From NCBI GenBank assembly GCA_964016885.1, contig OZ024742.1:147684001-147748000 (forward strand): a stretch of DNA of 64,000 nucleotides, in the 5' to 3' direction. The translations under genes were made by a program, and so were the position numbers. This stretch comes from Eledone cirrhosa (lineage: Eukaryota). This document shows, piece by piece, positions 53,111 to 64,000 of this stretch. A model generated the notes under the pieces. It was not told the DNA's origin. It saw only the letters and a list, made by a program, of their open reading frames with translations, and made no database searches. How positions within the stretch are numbered: position 1 is the first letter of the stretch; every line of letters starts with the position of its first letter.

Positions 53111-54986
53111 ATTGGGCCACCCATTCAGTGATCACCACTGCATCTTCTGTACAAACTCATCTCCTAGTGAACTATTCTACTATATTATACTATAATGGTC
53201 TCTCCCTCCTGTACTGTATGGTCTTATGTTCTATTAAGTGCTCAGGAGAGGTTCTCATGCCTTTGATACAATTGAGGGTCCTCCCAACCCTTTGTTTGGC
53301 AAGATTTCTATGGTTGGGTGCCCTTCCTATCACCAACCACTTTACAGCATGTACTGGGTGTGTTTATCGTGAGATTACCAACAACACTAAGGAGGCTGTT
53401 ATGTTCATGACAGGACTGAAGGGTCTTCCCAACTCTCTCTCTCAATATATATATAAATGATAAATTTATCACCAATACACATAATAGCTCAATCAAATAT
53501 CAGTAAAATAAATCTAATTCAGAAAAGTATAGATATATAGAACATCCTATAGAAATTCACTGACAGGTATATCTGATAACTGTAGTAAGGGAACTTAGTG
53601 AAGCTTTCTAGCTTTAGGTTGCTTAACTAAGACTCTATCCCTTGAGAAAGATGCTTATGAAGTATTCTTATTTTAGATCACTTTACTGGTCTGTACCCAT
53701 CAATGAATTTGTAAAGATGTTCTATATGTATATATAAGGTATGTATTATTGTTATGATATATTTTGTTTTGTATATTCACTTGTAACATAACTATACAGT
53801 GATGTTATTCCTGATTTATGAAAATACATTTCTCAATTAGTTACCCACATGTCAAATTAATCAGTAATATATTTTTCTCCTTTATCGAAATATGTTAGAA
53901 TGAATATATACTAGTATACTGAAAGTTTATATTAAAAATCCCATAGTAGTAAGTTATCTCATGAATGTAGATATAGTTATGATTATATAAAATATAGTGT
54001 TGAGTGGAGGTTACCACACACAGTTACATCTTTTTTCCTGTGGTTATATAAGACAGTTTTCGTTAGCCAAATAGATTTCTCTTATCTTTAGTAAATTTAT
54101 GAATATTGTAACGTATCAATATTCATGAAATTACCAGATATACCAACTGGGAAAATGGGGGGAAATATTTATTTAATCAATACTTTCAGTATCGATATAG
54201 ATTATTATCACCAATATCCATTTTCCCTGCTAGGAAAAATCAGACATAAGCGGAGCCAGGAGCCTGACACACAATCTGGCTCAACTGAGTGCATGTTATT
54301 GTGGCACCAGGGAAGTTGTTGTCATGTCTTTAACACAGCTGAAGAGTCTTCATGGCCCTTTGTTTGTCAGTTCTGTGGCTGGATGCCTATCCTATCACCA
54401 AACACTTTACAGAGTATGGGTGCATTTATCATGTAGATCACCAACACTAGTGAGATTGCCATGTCTATGGCACAACTGAAGAATCCTCCTCACAGGTTTT
54501 CTACGGCCAAATGCCCTTTCTAGCACCAACCACTTTACAGAGAGTACAGGGTACATTTATCATGAAGATATTTATAAATATTGATACTTTCCCATGTAGC
54601 ATATATGTGCTCCATGTTATGGGAAAGTATTAATATTGATAAAATTATTAGATATATCAACAAGTATAGAGAAAAACTTTATTTGATCAACAAAAATGAT
54701 ATATTACAGTTGCTGTGTTCTAATTACCATGAGCAGAATTTTGACACTGGTAAAGTTTTTCTTTTGTATGACTACACACGACTATTTAAGTTAGTTTTTT
54801 GATAGAATGATTTATCATAGATATCACAATGATATGGCTTTTCTCATGTATGAGTATCTTTATATTTAGTTAATTTATCATCTCTAGAGAATGATTTACC
54901 AGTCATATGGCTTTTCCCAGTGTTTTATTAATTGATTGAGGATTTCTAAAGAATGATTTACCACAGATATCACACTGAAATTATAT

Positions 54987-56003
54987 CTATCCTGTATGAA
55001 TACGGATGTGTTTAATCAATTGGTCATTTCTATAGAATGATTTACCACAGATATCACAGTGATATGGCTTCTCTCCAGTATGAATGTGTTTGTGCGAAGT
55101 CAAGTGATCATTTCTAGAGAATGATTTACCACAGACATCACAATGATATGGTCTCTCTCCTGTATGTATACGTATGTGTTTAGTTAAGTCACCATTTAAG
55201 GAGAATGATTTACCACAGATATGACAGTGATATGGTCTCTCCCCTGTATGAAAACGTTTGTGTTTTGTTAAGTGACCATTTTCAGAAAATGATTTACCAC
55301 AGACATCACAATGATATGGTCTATCTCCTGTATGAATACGTATGTGTTTTGTTAAGTGACCATTTAAAGAGAATGATTTAGTACAGATATGACAGTGATA
55401 TGGTTTCTCTCCTGTATGAATACGTATGTGTTTAGTTAATTGATCGTTTGTAGTGAATGATTTACCACAGACATCACAGTGATATGGTTTCTCTCCTGTA
55501 TGAATACGTCTATGTTTAGTTAATACTCCAGCTTCAGAGAATGATTTACCACAGACATCACAATGATGTGGCTTCTCGCCTGTATGAATACGATTATGTT
55601 TTGTTAAATCACTACTTACAGAGAATGATTTACTACATATACTACAGTGATATGGCTTTTCTCCTGTATGAATACGTTTGTGTCTCGTTAAGACTCCACC
55701 TTCAGAGAATGATTTACCACAGATATCACAATGATATGGCTTCTCTCCTGTATGAATACGTATGTGTTTAGTTAAGTGACCTTTTTCAGAAAATGATTTA
55801 TCACAAATGTCACAGTGATATGGCCTTTCTCCCGTATGAATACGTTTATGAGTAGTGAGATTACCTTTTTGAGAGAATGATTTTTTACAGATATCACATT
55901 CGTATGTTATTTTTGCTATCTCTTTTAGCATGTCTTCAGGAAAATCAATCCCTTTAGACTCTGTTTCAAATTTCACTTGGTTCTCGCATAATTTAATTTC
56001 CAT
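54987..56003 (-). CDS. C2H2 zinc-finger protein ZNF-4, 11 fingers, older paralog
   Basis: 338-aa ORF with a 34-aa leader and 11 canonical fingers. Acceptor at 56352/56351; candidate AATAAA at 54678-54683. Confidence 0.93.
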   Translation of the reverse strand: MEIKLCENQVKFETESKGIDFPEDMLKEIAKITYECDICKKSFSQKGNLTTHKRIHTGERPYHCDICDKSFSEKGHLTKHIRIHTGEKPYHCDICGKSFSEGGVLTRHKRIHTGEKPYHCSICSKSFSVSSDLTKHNRIHTGEKPHHCDVCGKSFSEAGVLTKHRRIHTGEKPYHCDVCGKSFTTNDQLTKHIRIHTGEKPYHCHICTKSFSLNGHLTKHIRIHTGDRPYHCDVCGKSFSENGHLTKHKRFHTGERPYHCHICGKSFSLNGDLTKHIRIHTGERPYHCDVCGKSFSRNDHLTSHKHIHTGEKPYHCDICGKSFYRNDQLIKHIRIHTG

Positions 56004-57330
56004 AATTTTACTTTGCTCAACACAATATACAGATGGTTTTTTTTTAAATATATTTTATTCCAACCGAATATTTCTACAGCTATATTTCCATCAATTGTAG
56101 TCTTTGTGAATATATGAAGACTCTGTAAACTTCTTTGTAAGTGTGTCTAAGTTTAATGAGAATGAAAAATCACCCTGAACATATTCCAATCAGTGGAATT
56201 GAGAAATATTGCTATTAATCTCAATTTAGAGGAAATATTTTACAGTAATTCTACCAGAAACAGGATCATATCTGTTTTGTAATAACATCTCCATTTAGTC
56301 TTAAAAAGATGATAAATATTGATGAAATATTCTTTTATGTCACTTGATATTCTGAAATAATAAAGAAACAGTATAAGATATAGGTGATATGTAAAGATTT
56401 AACAGTGGAAATTTGACTACATATATTGATAAGCTGTAGATATAAATCTATACTTAAACATTTGAAATTTGGGGACAATAAGTGATCATTTATGTGGTTG
56501 ACTTACTAGAAACAGCAGTGAAATTCCTTCAAATAACACTCAACTGCTTTAGAAATGGATATGATGGTCACACCTAAAATTACTTTAATCATGGGACTGA
56601 TTAATCAATGTTGACCTGGGGCTAATGAACAAAAATAACTACATCACTTTATAAATTGTTACATCAGACTACAGCTACACCTTGAGATATGATAAACTAT
56701 GGTTACACCTACACACACACACATATATATACATATAGGTATTCTTCTGTTTCCTTCTTTCTTCCAGTCTTTCATAAACTGTCTCTATGCTTTTATGGCC
56801 ACCACCACCCCACTTAAATTATAACACCCACTCAATCCGGGTTCATTCCTCTCACCAGGATCGACCCCCCACCGCCAACCTCAGTAAGTGTTATGATTAC
56901 AGTACCTCCAGGGGTCACATCCCAACACCCATATTATTCTCCAGATTAGTAACTCTACCCATGATCAGCTTTACTCCTTTAAATCATAACACCAAACTTA
57001 ACCCACATCCCGCATAACACGCCTCTCGTGGCCACCCCATCCTTCTTTCTATATAATATCTATGGCTATATTATGCAATATAGTCCTCAATTTTTCAGAC
57101 TAAAAGGAGTAGTTTTAATGAAATTTAGCCGCTATTTCTAGCAAATTGAACGACCACATGTAGACCGCCTCAGTGATCCATTGCTGTCGTTTAAGCACAG
57201 GTCAGCCCTGACTAATCAGACCTGTGATCAAAGAAATAGAAACCATACATCGATGAACAAAAAAGATGATTGAATTAAGAAACAATGTTAACAGAAAAAA
57301 TCCTCGTATGATTCTACCGCAGTGAATAAT

Positions 57331-57454
57331 TGTTTCTAATTTAGGCACAAGGCCAGCAATTACCCAGTGCATTACTGGTACTTTATTTTATCGACCCCGT
57401 AAGGATGAAAGGCAAAGTCAACCTCGGCGGGATTTGAACTCAGATCGTAAAGGG
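57331..57454 (-). mobile_element. 5'-truncated OK-like SINE
   Basis: Perfect 15-bp TSD accgcagtgaataat (57316-57330, 57455-57469). Confidence 0.9.
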
Positions 57455-57816
57455 ACCGCAGTGAATAATGACAGTTGAATTGTTAAAAAACGTCTAGATC
57501 TCTATCATTTGTTACCTCTCAAGTGATGTTTAATGTTGTTGCTTATCTAGATGGTAGCTATTGTAGGTGGGCATAGAGATAACATGTCAAAGTAAAAAAT
57601 ATCTTATGTGTGTACGTTGGTTGACATAAACTGTGCAGAAGTCCGTCGTATATAGAACTAATAATACTTATTGGGTTCCATGGTTATATACAAACAATAA
57701 AATAAATAAACGCAAGTATTTAAGAAATAAAAACATGTTTGAAGTAGAATATAGTCAGGTGATAATACATAGAGCACCAGAGAGGAGGCGGAGAGGTCTG
57801 TGAATATATATGTAAG

Positions 57817-58135
57817 AATTACTACTATATTTTACATTAACTTTCAGTGCTGACATAGTCATCACATTCCGAGATATTCAGAAAGTGTTGTGTATAAATA
57901 CTAAGTAATTTTGATAGTTTGTAATATTGAAATATAAATGACATTTGTTCATATCGTGTCATATTTTCATCCTGTAAGAATTATAAATAAATATCGTGTC
58001 ATAACAGTATTTCATGGAATTACTACTATATGTCACATTAACTTTCCATACTGACATAGTTATCAGTCTGAGTTATTCAAAAAGGAGTGTGTTTTGTTCG
58101 TTGAAATATATATAACGTTTGTTCATATCTTGCCA
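57817..58135. repeat. Old ~200-bp tandem duplication in the ZNF-4 intron
   Basis: attactactatat..cacattaactttc..ctgacatagt occurs at ~57818 and ~58019. Confidence 0.6.
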
Positions 58136-58840
58136 TAAGCAGTTATAACTTAAAAGAAGCGATTAAACGTATTTTAATAAATCAATGAGTTTATTCAAGA
58201 CCATACTCTAAACTACGAGGTATGGTTATATAGAAATCGAATACAATGTTACAGTTTCTCTTAATGAACATGTAACAATAGACTGGTAAACATTTTCAAG
58301 TCTTTCGCTATGACAAATTATTGAATATTTAACTACTTGGATATTCTTAATATATACAAGGTGTCAACCAAACTGTAGTTCTCACATCACCTACAGCTTT
58401 TTGACATTCCATATGCTGGTCCCAATTGTATTATATAGTTATTACATAAAAAACACGTAAAAATATATTGAACTAAAACAAAACTACATATACAGATACA
58501 CGTTAGAATATGTTTAAATATTTAATCACTGATTTTAGACAATTTGGAGAAGAGAATTAATATCGTTGGCTGATTAGCAAAGGGTATTAAAGTAAAGATG
58601 TTCGTATTCACCAACTCTATAATTTATTTTATATTGTATGCAACAGTCGACCTTGGATTATCTAAATATCAGCTCACCATTTCAGTTTGGAAGTATTGTC
58701 TTATAGATAAAAGTCAAGACGACGAGATATATTTTTCCAATGTTGTTTTCGCTTTTAAATAATTACCCTATTCTCCAAGTGGAACATAATTCTATCATTT
58801 ACATATATTAATACAGACGTAAGATAAATATTTAACTTAC

Positions 58841-59100
58841 CGTTTTCACATGTAAACAGTAAATGTCTATTGTGTGTTTTTAATGAAACTACCTAAGAAG
58901 TTATCTGGTTGATAGACTGAGGTTTTCAGCATAACGTTCATGTAAATTCTTACAGCTTTAAGCCAGAGATTCGTATCTTGCAAAAATATCTTCAGCCTCA
59001 GTTTCGATTTGAGATGTGTGTGCGTTGGTTGTATCTATGGGGCTTTTGCGTTGTCTATGTTGTTTATTTGTGGTCGAGAATTCAATTTGTGTATCAGTGA
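58841..59100 (-). other. Putative non-coding exon 1 of ZNF-4
   Basis: Donor ACG|GTAAGTT at 58841/58840; homologous to the other exon-1 blocks up to ~59010. Confidence 0.65.
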
Positions 59101-59226
59101 GTGAAAATAGGGCCACCTCAAATATTTCGACTCGAGTCACCTTTCGATAAATTCCTTAATAACACACACATATATAAGGTGTAGTAGTTTGCTTGAAGAA
59201 TTATGAAATTAGAAAGTGAAAAGTGG

Positions 59227-59456
59227 GTATGTTTAGGAAACCGTACAATGCAAGTGGGTAAAATTACCAAGGCAACAAGATGGAAGGGGGAGGGAAATAA
59301 TGGATGGTTAATCCGCAAAATTTGGGGACTAATAAATTACTAAGGACACAATCAGTCATTTTTGCCCTTTTATTTTCCCCCTTCTCTCACCTCAATTCAC
59401 TTCCGACCTGTCGCCTTCGTAGCCCAACCACTTGCATTGTAAGGCTTCCTACATAC
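59227..59456. mobile_element. MITE-like inverted-repeat element just upstream of ZNF-4
   Basis: gtatgtttaggaaaccgtacaatgcaagtgg / ccacttgcattgtaaggcttcctacatac, plus inner inverted arms. Confidence 0.65.
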
Positions 59457-59474
59457 ACACACACATATATAAGG

Positions 59475-59790
59475 CAGAGCTTGAATGAACTGAGGGAGAA
59501 ACTGGGCTTAAGAGGAATCTGGGGTGGTGTACAGGAAAGAAGGCTGCGTTGATACAGACGTGATGCGAGTGGATGATGATTGATGGGTGAAGAAGTGCTA
59601 AGAAATGTCAGTGGGAGGAAGCTGCTGTAGAGAAAGACCTGAGCAGACGTTGTGAGAGGTGACCTCAAATCGCTGAGCCTCACAGAGGAGATGATGAAGT
59701 AACGCGGCGAGTGGAGAGATATGTACTAAGAAGGATCCATCCAACATATGCAAGCGTAGAAAAACGGACGTAAAAACGATGATGATAATA
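59475..59790 (+). mobile_element. RTE-clade LINE 3' end
   Basis: ELREKLGLRGI..VQERRLR..WVKKC; tail AAAAACGGACGTAAAAAC(GAT)n. Confidence 0.7.
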
Positions 59791-60249
59791 AGTTGTCATA
59801 TATTAGCTGAGCCCGTGAAAACTGCACAGTTTTAGTAGAAACAACTACCAACTAGTAAATTTTTATGACATTTTAAATGTTCTATTTATAAGTTATATAC
59901 AGAGTACTAAATCTTTGTAGTTAAACAGAAGTTGTCTGTGTAGCTTGTATTCAGAATTTAGAGAATCAACACCCCCAAAACAATGTGTAGTATATTTGCT
60001 AGGTCACCGGACAAGTAATGGTAATATTTATTTTGAGGCATGAGTTTGCTGATTAGTACATTTATATTGAAAAGTCTGGTTATTTTGTCTTGAAATAAAC
60101 GCACACATACGTATACAAAAATAGATTCACAGACACTAGATAGGTACATACATATTAAATACACATCTACATGTAATGACATGGTAGTGAATGGGGAAGG
60201 AAGTGATGGCAAAGTATACAAAACAGTTTATCAATGTCTGCCCACTCAA

Positions 60250-60990
60250 ACTGGCATCAATAGATTCTAGGCATCTCATCATCAAGCTCGATATGGAAAA
60301 CATCTTTAACTGTTTACACTGTAACCATTTGCTCAAAGCTTGCTTCAGTCGTGCCCCATTGACCTATTTATCATACAGGTCTCTGAGTATGTTCCTTGTT
60401 GCTACTATGATTTCATCCACTGGTGTCCAACGGGGTGACCCTTTACGCCCTCTCCTCTTCACATTTAGCATAGACGATATCACATGGCATCACAGCACCA
60501 TTTGATGTGGTACCTGGATGACACAACAATAGGTAGATCTGTGGAAACTGCCATTCAATAGTTCATGCCCTGGCAAAGCTCATCCTTGAGATTAACTCAA
60601 CTAAGTTAGAGGTTTTGAACATTAATTATGACTGAGGGCTTTAAGACCTCCATCATGGACATGCAGTTAATACTCTACAGGTGCATGTGACTATGAAGGA
60701 AAATGTTCTTATCCTTGGGTTGCTGCACTCCCATTGTCACCTCACTACCTGATAAAGCTGAAGTTGGGAAATGCCTTTAATAGCATCAGATGTGACCGTA
60801 TCCTAGAGATGGGTCCCTATAATACTCCATCTGGCAGAGAGACATTCAGCATGCTCCTTGCTGCTAATAATATCATCATATCCACCACAGGTGTCCAGCA
60901 GGATAATTCACTAGGTCCACTCCTCTCTGCGTTAGTTGTCGACAGTGCCAACTCAATCCATTCACAAATTAATAACTGGTATGCTGACAA
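60250..60990 (+). mobile_element. Two decayed CRE-like RT fragments
   Basis: KLDMENIFN..STGVQRGDPLRPLLF..WYLDD, and KLKLGNAFNSI..TGVQQDNSLGPLL..WYAD. Confidence 0.65.
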
Positions 60991-60991
60991 C

Positions 60992-61190
60992 GGTGAAGGC
61001 GCATGGCTTAATGGTTAGAGCATTAGGCTTGCATTCGAAAGGTTGTGAGTTCAATTCTCGGACCGGGTGATGTGTTGTTTCCTTGAGCAAGACACTTTAT
61101 TTCACATCTTGTACTCTCAGTCGCTTCACACCATGAAACCGGGATAAGCACCGGCCAAATGAGCCTTCTGGCTTAAGACAGACTTTAGAC
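60992..61190 (+). mobile_element. tRNA-derived CORE-like SINE
   Basis: Same family as 50550; TSD tat(g/a)ctgacaac. Confidence 0.8.
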
Positions 61191-61749
61191 TATACTGACA
61201 ACACAAGACTGGGTAAGTCTGATGAATTTCTTGCTGGTAACAGATTTCATCTCATGAATGTATATCATGTACTCTTCCACCTGAAAAACTGCTTCGTCAC
61301 CTTTCATTGTGCAGTGTGCCATGTCATCCATACATGGGACACCTCAGCAAACTTGGCATAATCATGTCACTGCATCAAACTCATTTGAAAAATCAGCTTT
61401 AACGACACATTTCAGTGGACACAGTCCTTGCTTAACATCTAACATTGCCTTGCTAGTCTACCTTTCATCTCTCAGTTGAGTTTGTTACAGATGACATTCA
61501 GAATGTCCTCTCAGCCCTATTTCTTCTCGAACTGGAGATTAATTTATCCAAGTCAGAAATGTTAAATGTGAGTTACAGCAAACTTCAATATGATGAAATG
61601 TACACAGCATTCAGTCCATTCAGGATTGGGTAAATGCTGCCCAGTTTGTGGGGAATGGTTACTTCTTCAAGGCATTTGCTAGGTGACCTGTTTTTATGGG
61701 ACTTGGTTTAATTTTAAAAACAAAAATTTCAGTTTCTACCACTGTTGTT

Positions 61750-62833
61750 ATTGACTTTTAGTAGTGTACTCTCACCTTATGAGATATCATCTGGTGTACC
61801 ACAGGGAACTGTTCTTGGCCCCCTTTTGTTTGTGGCATATATTAATGACATAGATGCTAAATTAAAGAATGCCACAATACTGAATTATGTACTTTGATAT
61901 AAAAAGGACAGATCCAGAACATTATAGATCTTGCCGGCAATCTGACCTGGACACAATGCAACAATGGATCACGGACTGGCAACTCAAGCTGGCTGTGGAC
62001 AAGTGTACCACCATGTATTTTGTGAGTAAAAACCCAGCGTCCACATACTCCTTCCACAACACTAATATCAAGAAGTCTTCTTGTGAACGTGATCTGGGCA
62101 TTACTGTCAGCAGCGATTTACGTTGGACGACGTACATCTCTAAAATTGTCAGAAGGCCGAGGGTGTCTTAGCATCACTCAGCAAGACCTTTGTCAGCCGT
62201 TCTCCAGCTATCTATTTAAAGCTATATATAACTATGGTGCGGGCACACTTAGAATTTGTATTACCAGTCTGGAACTCCTATCTTGCTAAGAACATTAACC
62301 CCCTGGAAACTGTTCAGTGACGTGCAACCAAGCGAATACCCGCCATCAGGCATCTACCATACTCTGAACGCCTTGCTTCCCTGGGCATGGATACATTGAA
62401 GCTCCAACGTCTGGCAACTGACTTAGTAAACACCCACAAAATTATTAACCATCTTGCCAACAGCAACCCTGAGTACCTTTTTGATTTCCATGTGTCTAAC
62501 ACACATGGGCATGCCAATAAAGTCAGAAAACAGCACAGTTCCCATGACTTTCAGAAACATTTTTTCACACTCAGAGTTGCTGAAGCATGGAACAAACTAC
62601 CTGCATCAGTTATTAGCTGTTGAGATACTGCATCCTTTAAAACCTCCATGCTTCCTGAGATTTGCCAACACTACACCTAATATTCCCCCTCCATACACAC
62701 ACACACATGTATATCATGACTCGTACACTATTCACATCCCTGACATTTGTATATTATTCTATGTACTATACATGCACCTTTGATGAGTTGTAGTGCACCT
62801 GAGCACTGTACACAATAATTTCATTATTATTAC
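61750..62833 (+). mobile_element. 5'-truncated CR1-clade LINE
   Basis: SGVPQGTVLGPLLF..YIND, ERDLGITVSSDLRW, RATKRIP, YSERLASLG, FFTLRVAEAWNKLP; (ATT)n tail. Confidence 0.88.
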
Positions 62834-62835
62834 TA

Positions 62836-62972
62836 ACCAAGGCTAACTTTGCCTTTCATCCTTACGGGTCGATAAAATAAAAGCACCAGTAACGTACTGG
62901 GGTCGATTTAATCGACTTTCCCCTCCCCCAAAATTACTGGCCTTGTGCCTATACTAGAAATCATTGTTATTA
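62836..62972 (+). mobile_element. OK-like SINE fragment
   Basis: GCCTTTCATCCTTACGGGTCGATAAA..GGCCTTGTGCC. Confidence 0.7.
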
Positions 62973-63744
62973 TCTCAATATTTTCTCAGTATTTTCCATT
63001 CTCAAGTGGTGACCAGGTAAATACATATAAGTGTATAATGATATGTCATTTGTGTAGAATGTTATTTTCATCACTTAGTAAACATGCTATTGTGTGACAT
63101 ACATAAAAATATACTAATACACACTTATTGAAAGTTGTCTTCTCTGACGTATTACAACAAATGGGAACCTTTGATGTCTCTTCAACTATCTGTCTTTTTC
63201 TGTTTCTCTTTTGCTTTTTCAGTGACTGCCAGATTTCATATGAACTATAACGAACAACTTCAGGAATCCCACACACTGATATTTTTCTCTCATCCTCCAT
63301 ACACACATGTCAATATCATCTCAATCCTCCCTTTTACACAGGACATTAGATTCCTCTCAAACAGAATCTTTCACTCAGTTGACCAACACCACACATCCAT
63401 ATTTACTTTCAGAGTCACAGTGCTTGTACTGGTGGACAAGTTTGGGTAGCCAGTAACTCTGCTGACAAGAACACCTTTTCTCTCTGAGTGTAAGGCAGAC
63501 TGTGTGCCACATGTTCACTAGATAACCATCAATATTATCTACTATACAATGTCATCCTTTTTATCTCTTCACATTGAGAAAATGTTGTGATATTTTGTAT
63601 GGCTGACGTACCGAAGCCATGCAAGCATGCAGATTAGACATTAAAATATTGTTGAGGACAATACAAGAATTATATTACCTACTTTGCATTTAAGGTTACA
63701 AGGATAATTAAGCAATCTGTTTACCCCCACATAGGAAAGTTTCA

Positions 63745-64000
63745 ATATAGAAATTTATAAGTGATACTTTCTCATGAGGGATATGTTTGCTGCATGTTAA
63801 TAACATTACTAAGTTACATCATAGGAAAGTATCAATATTGATAAAATTATTACATATACCAACAAGTACAGAGAAAAACTTTATTTGATCAACAAAAATT
63901 AAATATCACATTTGCTGAACAGAATTTTGACACTGGTGGAGTTATTCTTCTGTATGAATACATACATGTCTATTTAAGTTATTTTTTTGAGAGAATGATT
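63745..64000 (-). other. 3' UTR and decayed-finger tail of the next ZNF paralog right of the window
   Basis: Homologous to 54565-54812 downstream of ZNF-4, including a minus-strand AATAAA at 63880-63885 and the finger remnant gagaatgatt at the window edge. Confidence 0.7.

Noticed and set aside
58644-58723. Tigger/pogo-like mini inverted repeat
   Set aside because: Arms too degenerate and no clear TA TSD.
59142-59149. DRE-like promoter motif (TTTCGATA)
   Set aside because: A one-mismatch 8-mer in AT-rich DNA with an unknown TSS is not distinguishable from chance.

Overview
Eukaryotic, AT-rich, repeat-dense DNA. It is most likely from a coleoid cephalopod such as Octopus, inferred from the [21 protein letters not shown] finger consensus and the SINE types; this is not provable from the window alone. 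The window is part of a head-to-tail cluster of minus-strand C2H2 zinc-finger genes with no KRAB, SCAN, BTB or ZAD domain. ZNF-1 has 19 fingers, ZNF-2 has 22, ZNF-3 is a 26-repeat array cut by a stop and a frameshift, and the older paralog ZNF-4 has 11. Exon 1 of a further gene lies at the left edge and the 3' tail of another at the right edge. Each gene has an inferred non-coding exon 1, one 2-3 kb intron and a single coding exon. Positions ~1-49,100 are ~11-kb paralogous units. Comparing them gives empty sites that confirm many TE insertions: a decayed Gypsy with a nested solo LTR, a decayed RepHel Helitron, several non-autonomous Helitrons stacked at one site, LINE fragments, SINEs and MITEs. 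Main highlights: (1) a resolvable 11-kb duplication junction at 33697/33698 that put a ZNF-3-type finger array under a ZNF-1-type promoter, after which the parent copy was truncated; (2) amino-acid changes concentrated at DNA-contacting helix positions; (3) independent Helitron insertions at the same nucleotide; (4) an indel-free conserved 5'UTR block with the same uORFs in all four paralogs; (5) LTRs with a non-canonical terminus and CTCF-like motifs. All alignments and counts were done by eye.
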